Positions 10,214 through 20,236 of a stretch of DNA of 64,000 bases are shown one piece after another. This stretch comes from an uncultured delta proteobacterium (GTDB taxonomy: Bacteria > Desulfobacterota > Binatia > UBA9968), in assembly GCA_963847445.1 (NCBI GenBank), contig CAWJZV010000017.1:32001-96000 (forward strand), in the 5' to 3' direction. Made by a program: the position numbers and the translations under genes. Under the pieces are notes generated by a model. That model was given only the letters and a program-made list of their open reading frames with translations. It ran no database searches and was not told the origin of the DNA. Numbering within the stretch: position 1 is the first letter of the stretch; every line of letters begins with the position of its first letter.

Positions 10214-10359
10214 CCGGCAAAAACCCCGCGTTGAGACCCGGCGGGCGAGGCCGCCGGCAATCGCGACGGTCCACAGGTCGCAGAACGCCAAATGCGTCTG
10301 TGTACAACATACCTATAGCCGCTCTTGTTTCAGCGGCAAGAAAATCAAGCAGTCTAATC

Positions 10360-10482
10360 CGACCCTTTGGTCGAAGCTCTCGACGCTGGCGTCGTGGCTG
10401 CGCGCCGATTCACCGCGATACCTGTCTTAATGTTTGAGGAAAGTCGCCTTGGTCTGGCGCCAAGATGCGGCACAACAGTTGC
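10360..10482 (+). promoter_or_regulatory. enhancer + sigma54 promoter cassette copy 3
   Basis: CGAC-CCTTTG-GTCG-AAGCTCT-CGAC; CGGCACAACAGTTGC at 10468. Confidence 0.82.
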
Positions 10483-10525
10483 GCTATAGGTAGTTTAGTA
10501 AAAATTTCAGTGGAGGAAAATAGTT

Positions 10526-11518
10526 ATGAGAAGATTACGATCAGTTCTATCGCCGGTGATTACGGCAGCGGGTGTCTTGGCTCTGTCGGGTGTCGGCTTG
10601 GCTCAGACACCGAGTGGTTCGCACCGTGAGGCGAGCGCCAGGGCGCATGAATTCATGTCCAGTGCGCCTTGTCCACTGGCCAGGGTTACCAAAGAGAAAA
10701 TTACCGAGGAACAAGCGCGAGATCTGGCCCAAGGGTTTGCGGACAAAAACTGGAACGGCTTCAAAGTGGTGCGGCCGCTCAGCTACGGCGGCGGCTATAC
10801 TACCATGTGCTACCAGACAGCCAGCGCCTTTGTCGCACCTCCTCTAGCGGGCAACGCCGCGCCGGCACGTCCTCTAGCAGCCAACGCCGCGCCGACACGC
10901 CCTCTGGTCCTATACTCCGTCGAGTATTCCATGGACCTGAAAAATCCCGCGGGTGAAACGCGCAATCTTTGCGTCGATCAGTACGGATTCATCACGGAGT
11001 TCTGCGGCGATTTCGCCATGGCGGGCGCAACCGGTCCGATCGGCCCAGCTGGCGCGATGGGCCCTGCCGGCCCCATGGGAGCGCAAGGTCCAGCCGGAAC
11101 AGCGGGCGCGCAAGGTCAATTGGGCTCGGTAGGCCCCCAAGCCCAATCTGGCGCGGCAAAGCCATGGTCCACGTTCAGGGATTTCTTGTTCGATTTCGAT
11201 AAGTCGGAGATTCGATCTAACGAGACCAAGCATGTAACTGACATCGCGGCCTACATGAAGCAGCATCCAGCCGTCAATGTCGGAATCGACGGTCACACTG
11301 ATCCGCGCGGCACCGATGCTTTCAACCAAGGGCTGAGCGAGCGGCGTGTCAACGCCATTAGCGAGGCGCTGGTTAATGCCGGAGTGTCCGCAAGCAGGAT
11401 CAAGACAGGCGCCTTCGGTGAGTCGCAGCCCAAGTGCAGTGCGCCCACCGAGCCTTGCTGGCAGAGCGACCGCCGCGTCGAGGTGCTGATCGGCAACGCG
11501 CAAACAGCAAGCAGATAA
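10526..11518 (+). CDS. secreted OmpA-domain protein with collagen-like linker
   Basis: signal peptide; (GXY)13; FDFDKS, IDGHTD, NQGLSERR, DRRVEV. Confidence 0.88.
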   Translation: MRRLRSVLSPVITAAGVLALSGVGLAQTPSGSHREASARAHEFMSSAPCPLARVTKEKITEEQARDLAQGFADKNWNGFKVVRPLSYGGGYTTMCYQTASAFVAPPLAGNAAPARPLAANAAPTRPLVLYSVEYSMDLKNPAGETRNLCVDQYGFITEFCGDFAMAGATGPIGPAGAMGPAGPMGAQGPAGTAGAQGQLGSVGPQAQSGAAKPWSTFRDFLFDFDKSEIRSNETKHVTDIAAYMKQHPAVNVGIDGHTDPRGTDAFNQGLSERRVNAISEALVNAGVSASRIKTGAFGESQPKCSAPTEPCWQSDRRVEVLIGNAQTASR

Positions 11519-11575
11519 CCGGCAAATTCACTCACTCTGGCGCGGCAAGTCTTAAGGTCAGAGAGGCAAACCGAC

Positions 11576-11613
11576 GAAGGACCCCCGATGCCAACTGGCC
11601 TCGGGGGTCCTTC
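11576..11613. terminator. hairpin, putative terminator
   Basis: GAAGGACCCCCGA...TCGGGGGTCCTTC inverted repeat after the OmpA-domain gene. Confidence 0.6.
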
Positions 11614-11630
11614 TGTATTAGGGTGTAATA

Positions 11631-13367
11631 GTGACTCTAAAGATTCCCTCCATGCGCAGGATTTTTTTACCAAGCCACTTTCTCGTCTCCGGTCTGCTAC
11701 TTCTCGTCTTGGCCGCACTCTATGTTTTTTTTCAGGCGCGCAGCCTCAAGCACGCATTCCTGATACAGACTGAGAACAAAGGAGTCGCGGTGGCCAAGGC
11801 GATGGAGGCTAGTGTTAGAAGTGCCATCGTTGGCAACGCGCTCTTGGAGGATCTGATCGGGCAGCGTCTTTTCGACAATGCCCGCTTGATCGACCAACTG
11901 CTGCGCGCTCGGGATGTGGATGAGGCGCTGCTTAAACAGATCAGCGCCATGAACCGCTTGCAAAAAATCGATCTGCTCAATCAGGAGGGCCAACCGTGGG
12001 ACCTCGTAGCATTGTCGGCATCGATGGCAATGGCAAGGGTTGGCTATGACGTCTCTCAGCGCCAACAAATGAAAACAGTGGTATGGGGAAAACGTTGGCA
12101 GTTGGCCAACGGAAGTGACAAAAATACCGGCGCCGAGCCGCCGGCTAGAATCAAGCAAAAGGATTTCTGGAAAGGCAGCGCTTTTGGCGCTGCCGTCGGT
12201 GCCCGCAGCTTCCCCGGCATCATCGCGGTCCACGCCAACGCCGACTATATATTGAACTTCGAGAAAGAGATCGGAGTGCAAACTCAGATCGAGAATCTGG
12301 GCAAACATTCAGACAGTGAGTTCATCGCTTTCCTCGATAGCAATTTGAATGTCGTCGCCCATACCGACCGGGGCCGTATCGGACAGCAGGAAAAAGACCC
12401 GCTGCTTGGGAGGGTGAAGGCGAACGGTAAGCCTTTCGGCCAGGTCGTCGTGCGCAGCGACGGAAAACGCTACTTCGAGGTGGTGGAACCTGTGGCGAAT
12501 TTGGGTTTCCTCAAGATCGGTCTGTCGGTGCAATCGATGGAGGCCGCGTGGCAGAACAGCTTGCAGGCCATCGTCATTTTGGGCATGGCAATTGTCGCCG
12601 CGGGCATTCTCGGCATGGCGGCGATTTTCCATAACCAGAACTCGCATCTGCAAGAGGTCAAAGCTTTGGAAATCGAAGTGTTACGCAGAGAACGCCTTGC
12701 GGCGCTGGGAAACGTAGCGGCCACCGTCGCCCACGAGGTCAGAAACCCGCTCAATGCCATTTCGATGGGACTGCAACGTCTCAAGTTGGAATTTCAACCG
12801 ACTGAGGATCGCGATCAATACTCCCGTCTGACCGAGCTGATGTTGGGGGAATCGCGTCGCATCAATTCCATTGTCGAACAATTCCTCTCGCTGGCGCGTC
12901 CAGTCGAACTCAAAACCGAATCCTTGCCGCTGCAAGAAGTTCTCAAAGAGTTGGCGGCATTGGAAGAACGACACGCTCGGCAATCCAACGTGCGAATCGA
13001 AATTATCGCTGCGCGTGATCTGCCGGCGCTCAAGGCGGACCCCAGCCACCTTACCCAAGTTTTGCTGAATCTTATGCTTAATGGCATACAAGCGATGCCG
13101 CAAGGTGGAACCCTGACCCTGGAAGCGAAAAGGTCGAACGGTAACATTCTCATCGCCGTGACCGATACCGGAACTGGGATCGCGCCAGAACACGAGGGGC
13201 GAATTTTTGACCCTTACTTCACGACCAAGGTGCAGGGCACCGGGCTGGGTCTGGCGATTTCGCGCCGGCTTATCGAAGCTCACGGCGGAACGATTAAGGT
13301 TGCTAACCAAGCGAGCGGCGGAAGTCGCTTCGAAATTTCCTTGCCGCTCAACCGCGTGGAGGTGTAA
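11631..13367 (+). CDS. membrane sensor histidine kinase
   Basis: two TMs, H-box AHEVRNPL, N/G1/F/G2 boxes. Confidence 0.92.
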   Translation: MTLKIPSMRRIFLPSHFLVSGLLLLVLAALYVFFQARSLKHAFLIQTENKGVAVAKAMEASVRSAIVGNALLEDLIGQRLFDNARLIDQLLRARDVDEALLKQISAMNRLQKIDLLNQEGQPWDLVALSASMAMARVGYDVSQRQQMKTVVWGKRWQLANGSDKNTGAEPPARIKQKDFWKGSAFGAAVGARSFPGIIAVHANADYILNFEKEIGVQTQIENLGKHSDSEFIAFLDSNLNVVAHTDRGRIGQQEKDPLLGRVKANGKPFGQVVVRSDGKRYFEVVEPVANLGFLKIGLSVQSMEAAWQNSLQAIVILGMAIVAAGILGMAAIFHNQNSHLQEVKALEIEVLRRERLAALGNVAATVAHEVRNPLNAISMGLQRLKLEFQPTEDRDQYSRLTELMLGESRRINSIVEQFLSLARPVELKTESLPLQEVLKELAALEERHARQSNVRIEIIAARDLPALKADPSHLTQVLLNLMLNGIQAMPQGGTLTLEAKRSNGNILIAVTDTGTGIAPEHEGRIFDPYFTTKVQGTGLGLAISRRLIEAHGGTIKVANQASGGSRFEISLPLNRVEV

Positions 13368-14789
13368 ATGCTCAATCGTTTTCATATTCTGATCGTCGAC
13401 GATGAACCGGTGCAACGCGAATTGGTTGGCGGCTTTCTCAAAAAACAAGGCTTTGAAGTGACCCTAGCCGATAGTGCTGAGAGAGCCTTGGAACTCTTTC
13501 GTCAGGACGCCTTTGATCTGATCCTGACCGATCAAAGGATGGCAAACATGTCGGGCTTGGATTTGCTGCAAGCCGTGCACACCATCAATCCGGAAACGCC
13601 GGTCATATTAGTTACGGCGTACGGCACTATCGAAGCGGCGGTCGCCGCCCTCAAGCAGGGCGCCGTCGATTACTTGACCAAACCGGTGAATTTGGAGGAA
13701 CTGCTGCAGCGCATTCGACAGGTGAGCGACCGCTACCGAATCATCAACGAGAACCGCGAGCTGCGGGAAGCGTTGGGCGAACGCCATCGCATCGAAGGGA
13801 TTATCGGCGAAAGCGGGCAAATGCTTGAGGTCCTCTCTTTGGTGCGCCGGGCGGCGCCAAGTGAAGCAACCGTTTTGATCCGGGGTGAGAGCGGCACGGG
13901 AAAAGAGCTGATTGCCCAAGCCATTCATTTTGCCAGCCCAAGGGCGCGCGCTCCTCTCGTCAAGGTCAACTGCGCGGCGCTTCCCGAAGCGCTTCTCGAA
14001 TCGGAATTGTTCGGCCACGAAAAAGGCGCCTTTACCGGCGCTATAGCGTCACGCCAAGGGCGCTTTGAGCTGGCCAATGGCGGCACACTGTTTCTCGACG
14101 AAATCGGCGACCTGCCATTGCACTTGCAGGCGAAGCTCCTGCGCGTGTTGCAGGAGCGGGAATACGAGAAGGTCGGCTCCAGCCGTTCGGTCAAGGTCAA
14201 CGTCAGGATCCTGGCTGCCAGCCATCGGCCCCTGGAGGCACTCCTAAAAGCCGGACAGTTGCGCGAAGATCTCTACTACCGGCTCAATGTCGTCACGATA
14301 CTCCTGCCACCGTTGCGCGAGAGACGCTCGGATCTTGCGCTGCTGATCGACCACTTCGTCAAGCGATTCGCGGCGAAGAACGGCAAGACGATCAGCGGCC
14401 TTACCGCTGAAGGCCGGGATATTCTTTTGCGCTACGACTATCCGGGAAATGTCCGTGAGCTGGAAAATATTATCGAGCGCGCGGTGGTCCTGACCAGGGA
14501 TGATGTGATCGGCAGTAGTGATTTACCTGTCACTGTCCAAGAAAAGGAAGCAGAGGATGATCACGAAGCCAACCTTGCGGTCGCAGTCGAACGGCTCGAG
14601 CGCCGCATGATACGGGAAGCGCTGGCCCGCTTCGAAGGGGTCCAGACGCGCGCCGCGGAACTACTGGGAATGAGTGAACGGGCGCTGCGCTATAAACTGA
14701 CAAAATACGGCTTTCGGGAGGAAGCCTCAGATACCGATTCCGAGCCGCAAGTTCCAGCCGCCGAAAAAAGTGCTGAATCAGAGGATTGA
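13368..14789 (+). CDS. NtrC-family sigma54-dependent response regulator (bEBP)
   Basis: REC (LILTDQRM), GESGTGKE, GAFTGA, FLDEIGD, Fis-type HTH. Confidence 0.95.
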   Translation: MLNRFHILIVDDEPVQRELVGGFLKKQGFEVTLADSAERALELFRQDAFDLILTDQRMANMSGLDLLQAVHTINPETPVILVTAYGTIEAAVAALKQGAVDYLTKPVNLEELLQRIRQVSDRYRIINENRELREALGERHRIEGIIGESGQMLEVLSLVRRAAPSEATVLIRGESGTGKELIAQAIHFASPRARAPLVKVNCAALPEALLESELFGHEKGAFTGAIASRQGRFELANGGTLFLDEIGDLPLHLQAKLLRVLQEREYEKVGSSRSVKVNVRILAASHRPLEALLKAGQLREDLYYRLNVVTILLPPLRERRSDLALLIDHFVKRFAAKNGKTISGLTAEGRDILLRYDYPGNVRELENIIERAVVLTRDDVIGSSDLPVTVQEKEAEDDHEANLAVAVERLERRMIREALARFEGVQTRAAELLGMSERALRYKLTKYGFREEASDTDSEPQVPAAEKSAESED

Positions 14790-14960
14790 ACTACCCTGCA
14801 GCAAGCTGGGGGGAAGCGAACGCATTTCGGGTGAACTTGTCGGGTGGTTGGAGGCGCGAAGCGCCGATACTCACCGTTCGGAATGATGGGTATCGCTAGC
14901 GCTCCACCCATCCTACGTCGGAATCACACGGCAAGCTGCGGAGAATTAACCCGTAGCGAC
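14787..14960. repeat. composite palindromic repeat: REP doublet nested in a GCAAGCTGC-hairpin element
   Basis: outer ends match 47687-47777 in reverse orientation; inner GTAGGATGGGTGGAGCGCTAGCGATACCCATCA (minus, 14884-14916) with degenerate partner 14839-14875. Confidence 0.65.
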
Positions 14961-15056
14961 GAAATTAATTTGTCCTGAGAATGCGGGAATGACATGCTGC
15001 GGTTGTCAAAAAAGAAAAATTTGCCAGACTCGTTAGCTCAGTTCAGCGTTATCGGT

Positions 15057-16923
15057 TCAGCTGCCAGTTCCTACCGTCGGCTGCAATTCCACCAGCAGTT
15101 TCATCAGGGCGGTGAGATCCACCGGCTTGACCATGTGGCCATTGAACCCGGCCGCTTTGGACTTTTGCCGGTCTTCGTCCTGACCCCAACCGGTCAAGGC
15201 CACGATCACGATGTTCTTGCCCCACGGCTGTTCGCGTATTTTACGGGCCGCTTCATAGCCGTTCAACTTCGGCAAGCCAATGTCGAGCAGGACCACGTCG
15301 GCTCGGAACGTCAGCGCCGCTTCTACCGCCTCGAGGCCGTCGTATGCGGTGTGGGTCTCGTTGCCGGTCAGGTACAACAGTCGCGCCAGAGAGTCTGCCG
15401 ATAACCGGTTGTCATCGACAACGAGGATGCGGCAGGGTGTCATGGTCGTCGGCGCACTGACGGTCGGCTGTGGCGGCGGCGGTTGCGCTGTTTCAAGTGT
15501 TTCAATGACCGGCAGACGCACGACGAACTCACTGCCCTGACCGACACCGGCACTGTGGACCGACACCGTGCCGGCGTGCATCTCCACCAAGTTTTTCACC
15601 ACCGTCAGACCGATGCCCAAGCCGCCTACCGAACGCTTCAGAGAGGTATCGACCTGCGTGAACATGTCGAAGATGTGGGGAAGCTCGCCGGCGGCGATGC
15701 CGATACCGTTGTCGCGCACGCGGATGACGGCAAACGGAGTGGCGCGTGGCGAGTGCTGAGTGGCGAGTTTCAGAGCTTCGCTTCCAGCGCCCGCCGAAGC
15801 CCCGAGAGCATTCGACTGATTTCGTCCGACATCTTCAGGAGCGAGATCGCCACTTGCCATACCTTGAGCTCGCGATAATGCTGCACGGTCATCGCGAAAT
15901 TCTCCCTTCTTTTCCTACTCACCACTTGCCGCTCGACACTCACCACTAATTCAATGCGACCGCCCTTGTCGGTGAACTTGTTGGCGTTGTTCAAGAGGTT
16001 GCCCAACACCTGAGCCAGCCGGGTCGGGTCGGCGTTCAAGTAGATAGGCTGCGGCGGCAGCGTGATGGTCAATGCTTGTTCAGCCGACTCCATCGCCGGG
16101 CGGCTCGCTTCGACCGCGTGGCGCACGACCGACGCCAGTTCGACCCGCCCCCTGCGGAGTTCGATAGTGCCCCGGCTGATGCGGCTCACGTCGAGCAAAT
16201 CGTCCACCAGCCGCACCATCTCGCCGACCTGACGTTCCATCATCTCAGTCGCTGCATGGACGGACTGTTCATCTCCGGGTGCCAGCCGCATGATTTGCAG
16301 GGCGTTCGAGATCGGCGCGAGCGGGTTCCGGAGCTCGTGGGCCAGCATCGCCAAGAACTCGTTTTTGCGGCGGTCGGCGTCAAACATATTGGCGGCGTAT
16401 TGTCGCAAGTCGTCGGACAGCTGCATGCGCTTGGAGACGTCGATGAAATAGCAAACCACGCCGTACTGTCCATCGGGCAGGTTAATGCGATGGATCTGCC
16501 AGTCGTAGCATTCTCTTACCTTGCGGTCGTAGCGCACTTCGGAGAATTCAATGGCTACGTGCGGCTCGCCGGTTTCCAGGGTGTGCCGGAAACGAGCGAC
16601 GATCTCGTCGGCGGATTCGGCCGGCCAGAGGATGTGGATGACTTCGACAAAGTCTCTGCCGATCAGCTTCGCCGATGTCGCCGAAGACTGGACGAGCCTG
16701 TCCGGCTCATCTGACGGATGCGCAGATCCGCGTCCACCAGGTACATGCCGACCGGGGAGGCGTCAAAGACGGCCTCGAACCGGGCGTTGCTCTCGCGTAG
16801 CGCAGCCTCGGCCTTCTGGGCCTGCTCGGTCAGCTCGTGCTGGCGGACCGAGGAGATCAGCAGCGCCTCGTTTATTTCGCGCAGTTGCTGTTCCATGGTC
16901 ATAGGGGTGCCGGTGCTCTTCAT
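15057..16923 (-). CDS. hybrid sensor kinase (PAS-HisKA-HATPase-REC), broken by indels and a 210-bp insertion
   Basis: FLAMLAHELRNPL, NLLNNANKFT, VRDNGIGI, GLGIGL, ILVVDDN..VLLDIGLP..KP spread over several frames. Confidence 0.85.
15738..15947 (-). mobile_element. insertion flanked by inverted heptamer arrays carrying a 40-aa four-helix-bundle-protein remnant (ORF 15770-15892)
   Basis: AGTGGTG-type array (15917-15947) and complementary array (15738-15768); AAGGGAG RBS; MTVQHYRELKVWQVA...EISRMLSGLRRAL. Confidence 0.7.
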
Positions 16924-16943
16924 TTCGTGTTCCTTCCGGGCTT

Positions 16944-18514
16944 TTAGCGCTTGCGAGGGCGGGGCTGAGAGCCTTTCCGGGGAGGCCGGCCGGTTCGCGG
17001 TCCGGGATCATTCTTCCCTGACTCCAAGGACCACGGGCCGGGGATGCCGCTGGTCAGGGCGCGGTAGCCCCGCATCGGCTCGCCGATCACCAGGCCCTTG
17101 GCGGTGATCTCGTACTCGCACATGTCGATGCTGTGCCGGCTGCGGCGCATCTTCACCACCAGCAGCATCTTGCGCAGTTGGCCGTTGATCGAGACGTAGC
17201 GCAGGCGCACGATGTCGTCGGCCAGGAACGAGATGGTGAAGTTGCTGAGGCCCATCGAGGTGAAGTTCTCCTCGACCTCGACGGTGCTGACGATGGTCAC
17301 GCCCAGCCGTGTGAGCGCCCCGATCATGCGGTAGAGCGACTCGCGAAAATCGGTGCGGAAGCCGGGGGCCAGCGCCATCTCGAAGCCGACCAGCGAGTCG
17401 ATGACCAGCCGCTTGCAGCCGATCTCTTTGACCGCGTTGACGATTTCGTGCACCGTCTCATCCACCGAGAGGTCGAGCGGCCGCAGGTAGATGATCTTGA
17501 GCGTGCCGTCCTTCTGGGGCGTGTCGAAGTCGAAGCCGAACGAGGCGGCCCGCTGCATGTACTCGGCGGGAAGCTCCTCGAAGATGGCGACGATCCCCGG
17601 CTCGCCCCGGCGCAGACCCTCGGCGATGAATTGGATGCCGAGCACCGATTTGCCCGCTCCGGAGGGTCCGGCCACGAGCAGGCTGTCGCCTTCGGGGATG
17701 CCGCCGCCCATCAGCGCGTCGAGTTCGCCGACGCCGGTGGAAAGCCGCCGCCGGCCCTTGACGTGGTCCGACTTCTGCCGGCGAGGCCGAAGGTGCGCGG
17801 GAAGGTCTGCAGGCCGTGCGTCGGTGATGCGGAAGGTGTGCAGGCCGGGCACGGACTCCTGGCCGCGCAGCTTCATGACCTGCATCTTGCGCACGATCGA
17901 GTTGCGCTCGACGCTCTGGTAGAGCCAGAACAGCCCGTCGGCCACGGTGAAGACCGGGTTGTCGCGCAGCTCGCCTTCGACGTACTCGCCGATCAGGAAC
18001 GTGGTGGCCTGCCAACTGGTCAGGTGCAGCGCCAGGCGCTGGACGAAGCCCTGGAGCTCCATTTCGCTGGCGCTGGCTGAGCGCCTTGCGCACCACGGTG
18101 CGGAACGAATCCACCACGACGATGCTCGCCTTGGACGCCTCGACCTCCTTGATGATCGCATCGAGGACCGCGCCGAGGTCCTGCTCCAGGACGACCTGGC
18201 TGAGGTTGACGAAGCGGATCGCTCCGTCCAGCTTGGCATGCGTCGAAGAACGTGAACTGCTGCTGGTAGCGCAGCATCTTGATGGCCGGCTCGCCGAGCA
18301 CGGTGAAGTACAGCGCCGGCCGCTCCGGCGTGGCGTTGGCGAACATGATCTGATGCGCCAGCGTGGTCTTGCCGCACCCGGGAGCGCCGGCGATGATGTT
18401 GAAGGAGTACTCGGGCAGGCCGCCGCCGAGGATTTCATCGAGGCCCGGCACGCCGGTGGGCAGTTGCCGAATGATCACTCGACCTTGCCTTGATCTTGTC
18501 CTGTGCGTGCTCAT
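16944..18514 (-). CDS. KaiC-like double-domain ATPase (indels)
   Basis: TGVPGLDEILGGG..GAPGCGKT and TGVGELDALMGGG..GPSGAGKS; VVVDS and LVIDS Walker B; KLRG and KMRR. Confidence 0.9.
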
Positions 18515-18531
18515 GAATTAGTCTCGATTCT

Positions 18532-18943
18532 TTATAATGCTATTCGTCCAACGATAGCGTCGGGCCAAGCCTCGCGCACCAGGCGCAGCGTGAGGGTTCG
18601 CCGATGAAAGTGACCAGCAGCCCGAGCAAATGGGCGGTGATCGCGACCGCCGCCTCGGGTCCAGCGTTCGTCGCTGTCACCTGCGAGCACTTCAAGTCCT
18701 TCCAGGGAGCAGTCGGGCTTGAGCTTTACGGTTTGCAGTGAAGGGACTTCCGCGCGGGCCAGAGCCAGCGCCCGCCGCAGGAGCGACTTGAAGCCGTCTG
18801 AACCGGCGAATCGCGTCAGCGAAATCCGCAGCTTGTCGCACACACGCACCGCTTCAGGGACGATGCGCACCGGTGGCGCTCTGGCTCGCTGCTTCCAAAG
18901 CCACCAATCGCCGGGCCAAGTTTCCCATCGATGCAGATGACAT
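18532..18943 (-). CDS. small hypothetical protein heading the KaiC-like operon (indels)
   Basis: ATG 18943 (MSSASMGNLARRLVALEA), then VCDKLRISLTRFAGSDGFKSLLRRAL...LVTFIG...LVREAWPD across frames. Confidence 0.65.
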
Positions 18944-19186
18944 ATTGATTATTAAACTAGTGTATCAGGGCAATTCACGCAGCCGACGCGTTAGATGTTA
19001 TTACCGCGGGAATATTCAAAGCTGTTTTCATGTTGGCTTAGGGCGCTCGGCGTTTTAGCTTGGATCGAATTTCTTCTGACTGCGTAATCGTTTACGGGCG
19101 GTCTCACCCCGCTTCTACCTGTAGAAAAAAAGCGCTCGCGAGTCAACGCGCGAGGTACGAGTTTGGCAATTTGTCTTTTTTGAAAC

Positions 19187-19202
19187 CGTCTAATTTTAGA
19201 CA
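19187..19202. promoter_or_regulatory. Crp/Fnr-like box
   Basis: CGTC-TAATTTTA-GACA between divergent KaiC operon and receiver gene. Confidence 0.55.
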
Positions 19203-19285
19203 GCAATCCTTTTCAAGCAGCGTAAATGTATCAAGCCAGGCTCGATATTTTTGTCGCGATGGTTAGCGACTGGTTCGGAGGATAT

Positions 19286-19756
19286 ATGTTGATGCCGAGG
19301 AAAATACTGATTGTCGAAGACCGCGCCGATGTTCGCGATCTTCTCGGAGAGGCGCTAACCCTCTTGGGCTGGGAGACCATCCTCGCCGAGAGCGACCGGG
19401 AAGCGCTGGACAAACTTGAAAGCGAAATACCGAACGTCATTCTACTGAACATGCGAAAGCCGGAGAAGAACGGAATCAAGCTGGCAGCATCGCTCAAAGC
19501 ACATCCTGCTTACAAAAATATACCGATTCTTGCCGCGAGCGGGCAATCCCGTGGAGTGAGCCGAGAACGTTGTCTGGCGCTCGGCTTTGACGATTTCATT
19601 GCTAAACCGCTCGTGCTTCCCGAGCTCGAAATGCGCCTTACGAATATTTTGTCTGTGGAGAGACGAAAAACAATACGAGCAACAAGCCCTGTGAATCTCG
19701 AAACTAATCGCCGCGAACCAAGTTCGCGGGGCGCCAGTCGTCGGAGGGTCGCTTAG
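19286..19756 (+). CDS. single-domain response regulator with Asn at the phospho-acceptor position
   Basis: KILIVED...VILLNMRKP...FIAKP; GGAGG RBS. Confidence 0.85.
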   Translation: MLMPRKILIVEDRADVRDLLGEALTLLGWETILAESDREALDKLESEIPNVILLNMRKPEKNGIKLAASLKAHPAYKNIPILAASGQSRGVSRERCLALGFDDFIAKPLVLPELEMRLTNILSVERRKTIRATSPVNLETNRREPSSRGASRRRVA

Positions 19757-19810
19757 TTATCGGTGTCAGATCGGCTATGTTCTGCGATGATGGAGCCGCA
19801 TGGAAGAAAA

Positions 19811-19994
19811 AAATCTCCCCTAGCCCCTCTTTTCCAAAGAGGGGAACCCGAAAACTCGCCGCGTCGCGAGCGGTTAATCTGAGTTTGTTGTGTATTTGAC
19901 ACCAGCCGTGTCCAGCCAAAACTTATGGATAATGATGAGTGTTTCAAAGGGGGATTGAAAGTCTCCCTTTGTAAAGGGAGATTTAGAGGGATTT
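19811..19994. repeat. inverted pair of REP-like palindromes
   Basis: AAATCTCCCCTAGCCCCTCTTTTCCAAAGAGGGG (19811) and reverse-oriented relative at 19962-19994. Confidence 0.6.
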
Positions 19995-20236
19995 TTAACC
20001 TGCTTACACAACTTTGACGAAACCCTGGGAGATCTCATAGCGCCGACATCGACGTCGCCAGAAGCGTGAACGTCGTTTCAACTTATACTTTCACTCCGTC
20101 GCAGTTCCGCTGGCGCAACCCCATTATCGCTGCTTGAAGTTCCGACATCCGATTCGAGCCAAGCATTGCGACCCGGCACTTCTAAAGGTCTTCTCGCGCT
20201 GAGTTCAGTCGTATATAGTCGTGTCGAGGTCTTGGC

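Noticed and set aside
12681-18438. Long antisense or overlapping ORFs such as 12681-13448, 17133-18080 and 17458-18438
   Set aside because: GC-rich shadow frames of recognised genes, or partial frames created by indels.
16944-18514. Circadian clock
   Set aside because: No kaiA or kaiB in the window and the canonical ST phosphosite pair is absent.
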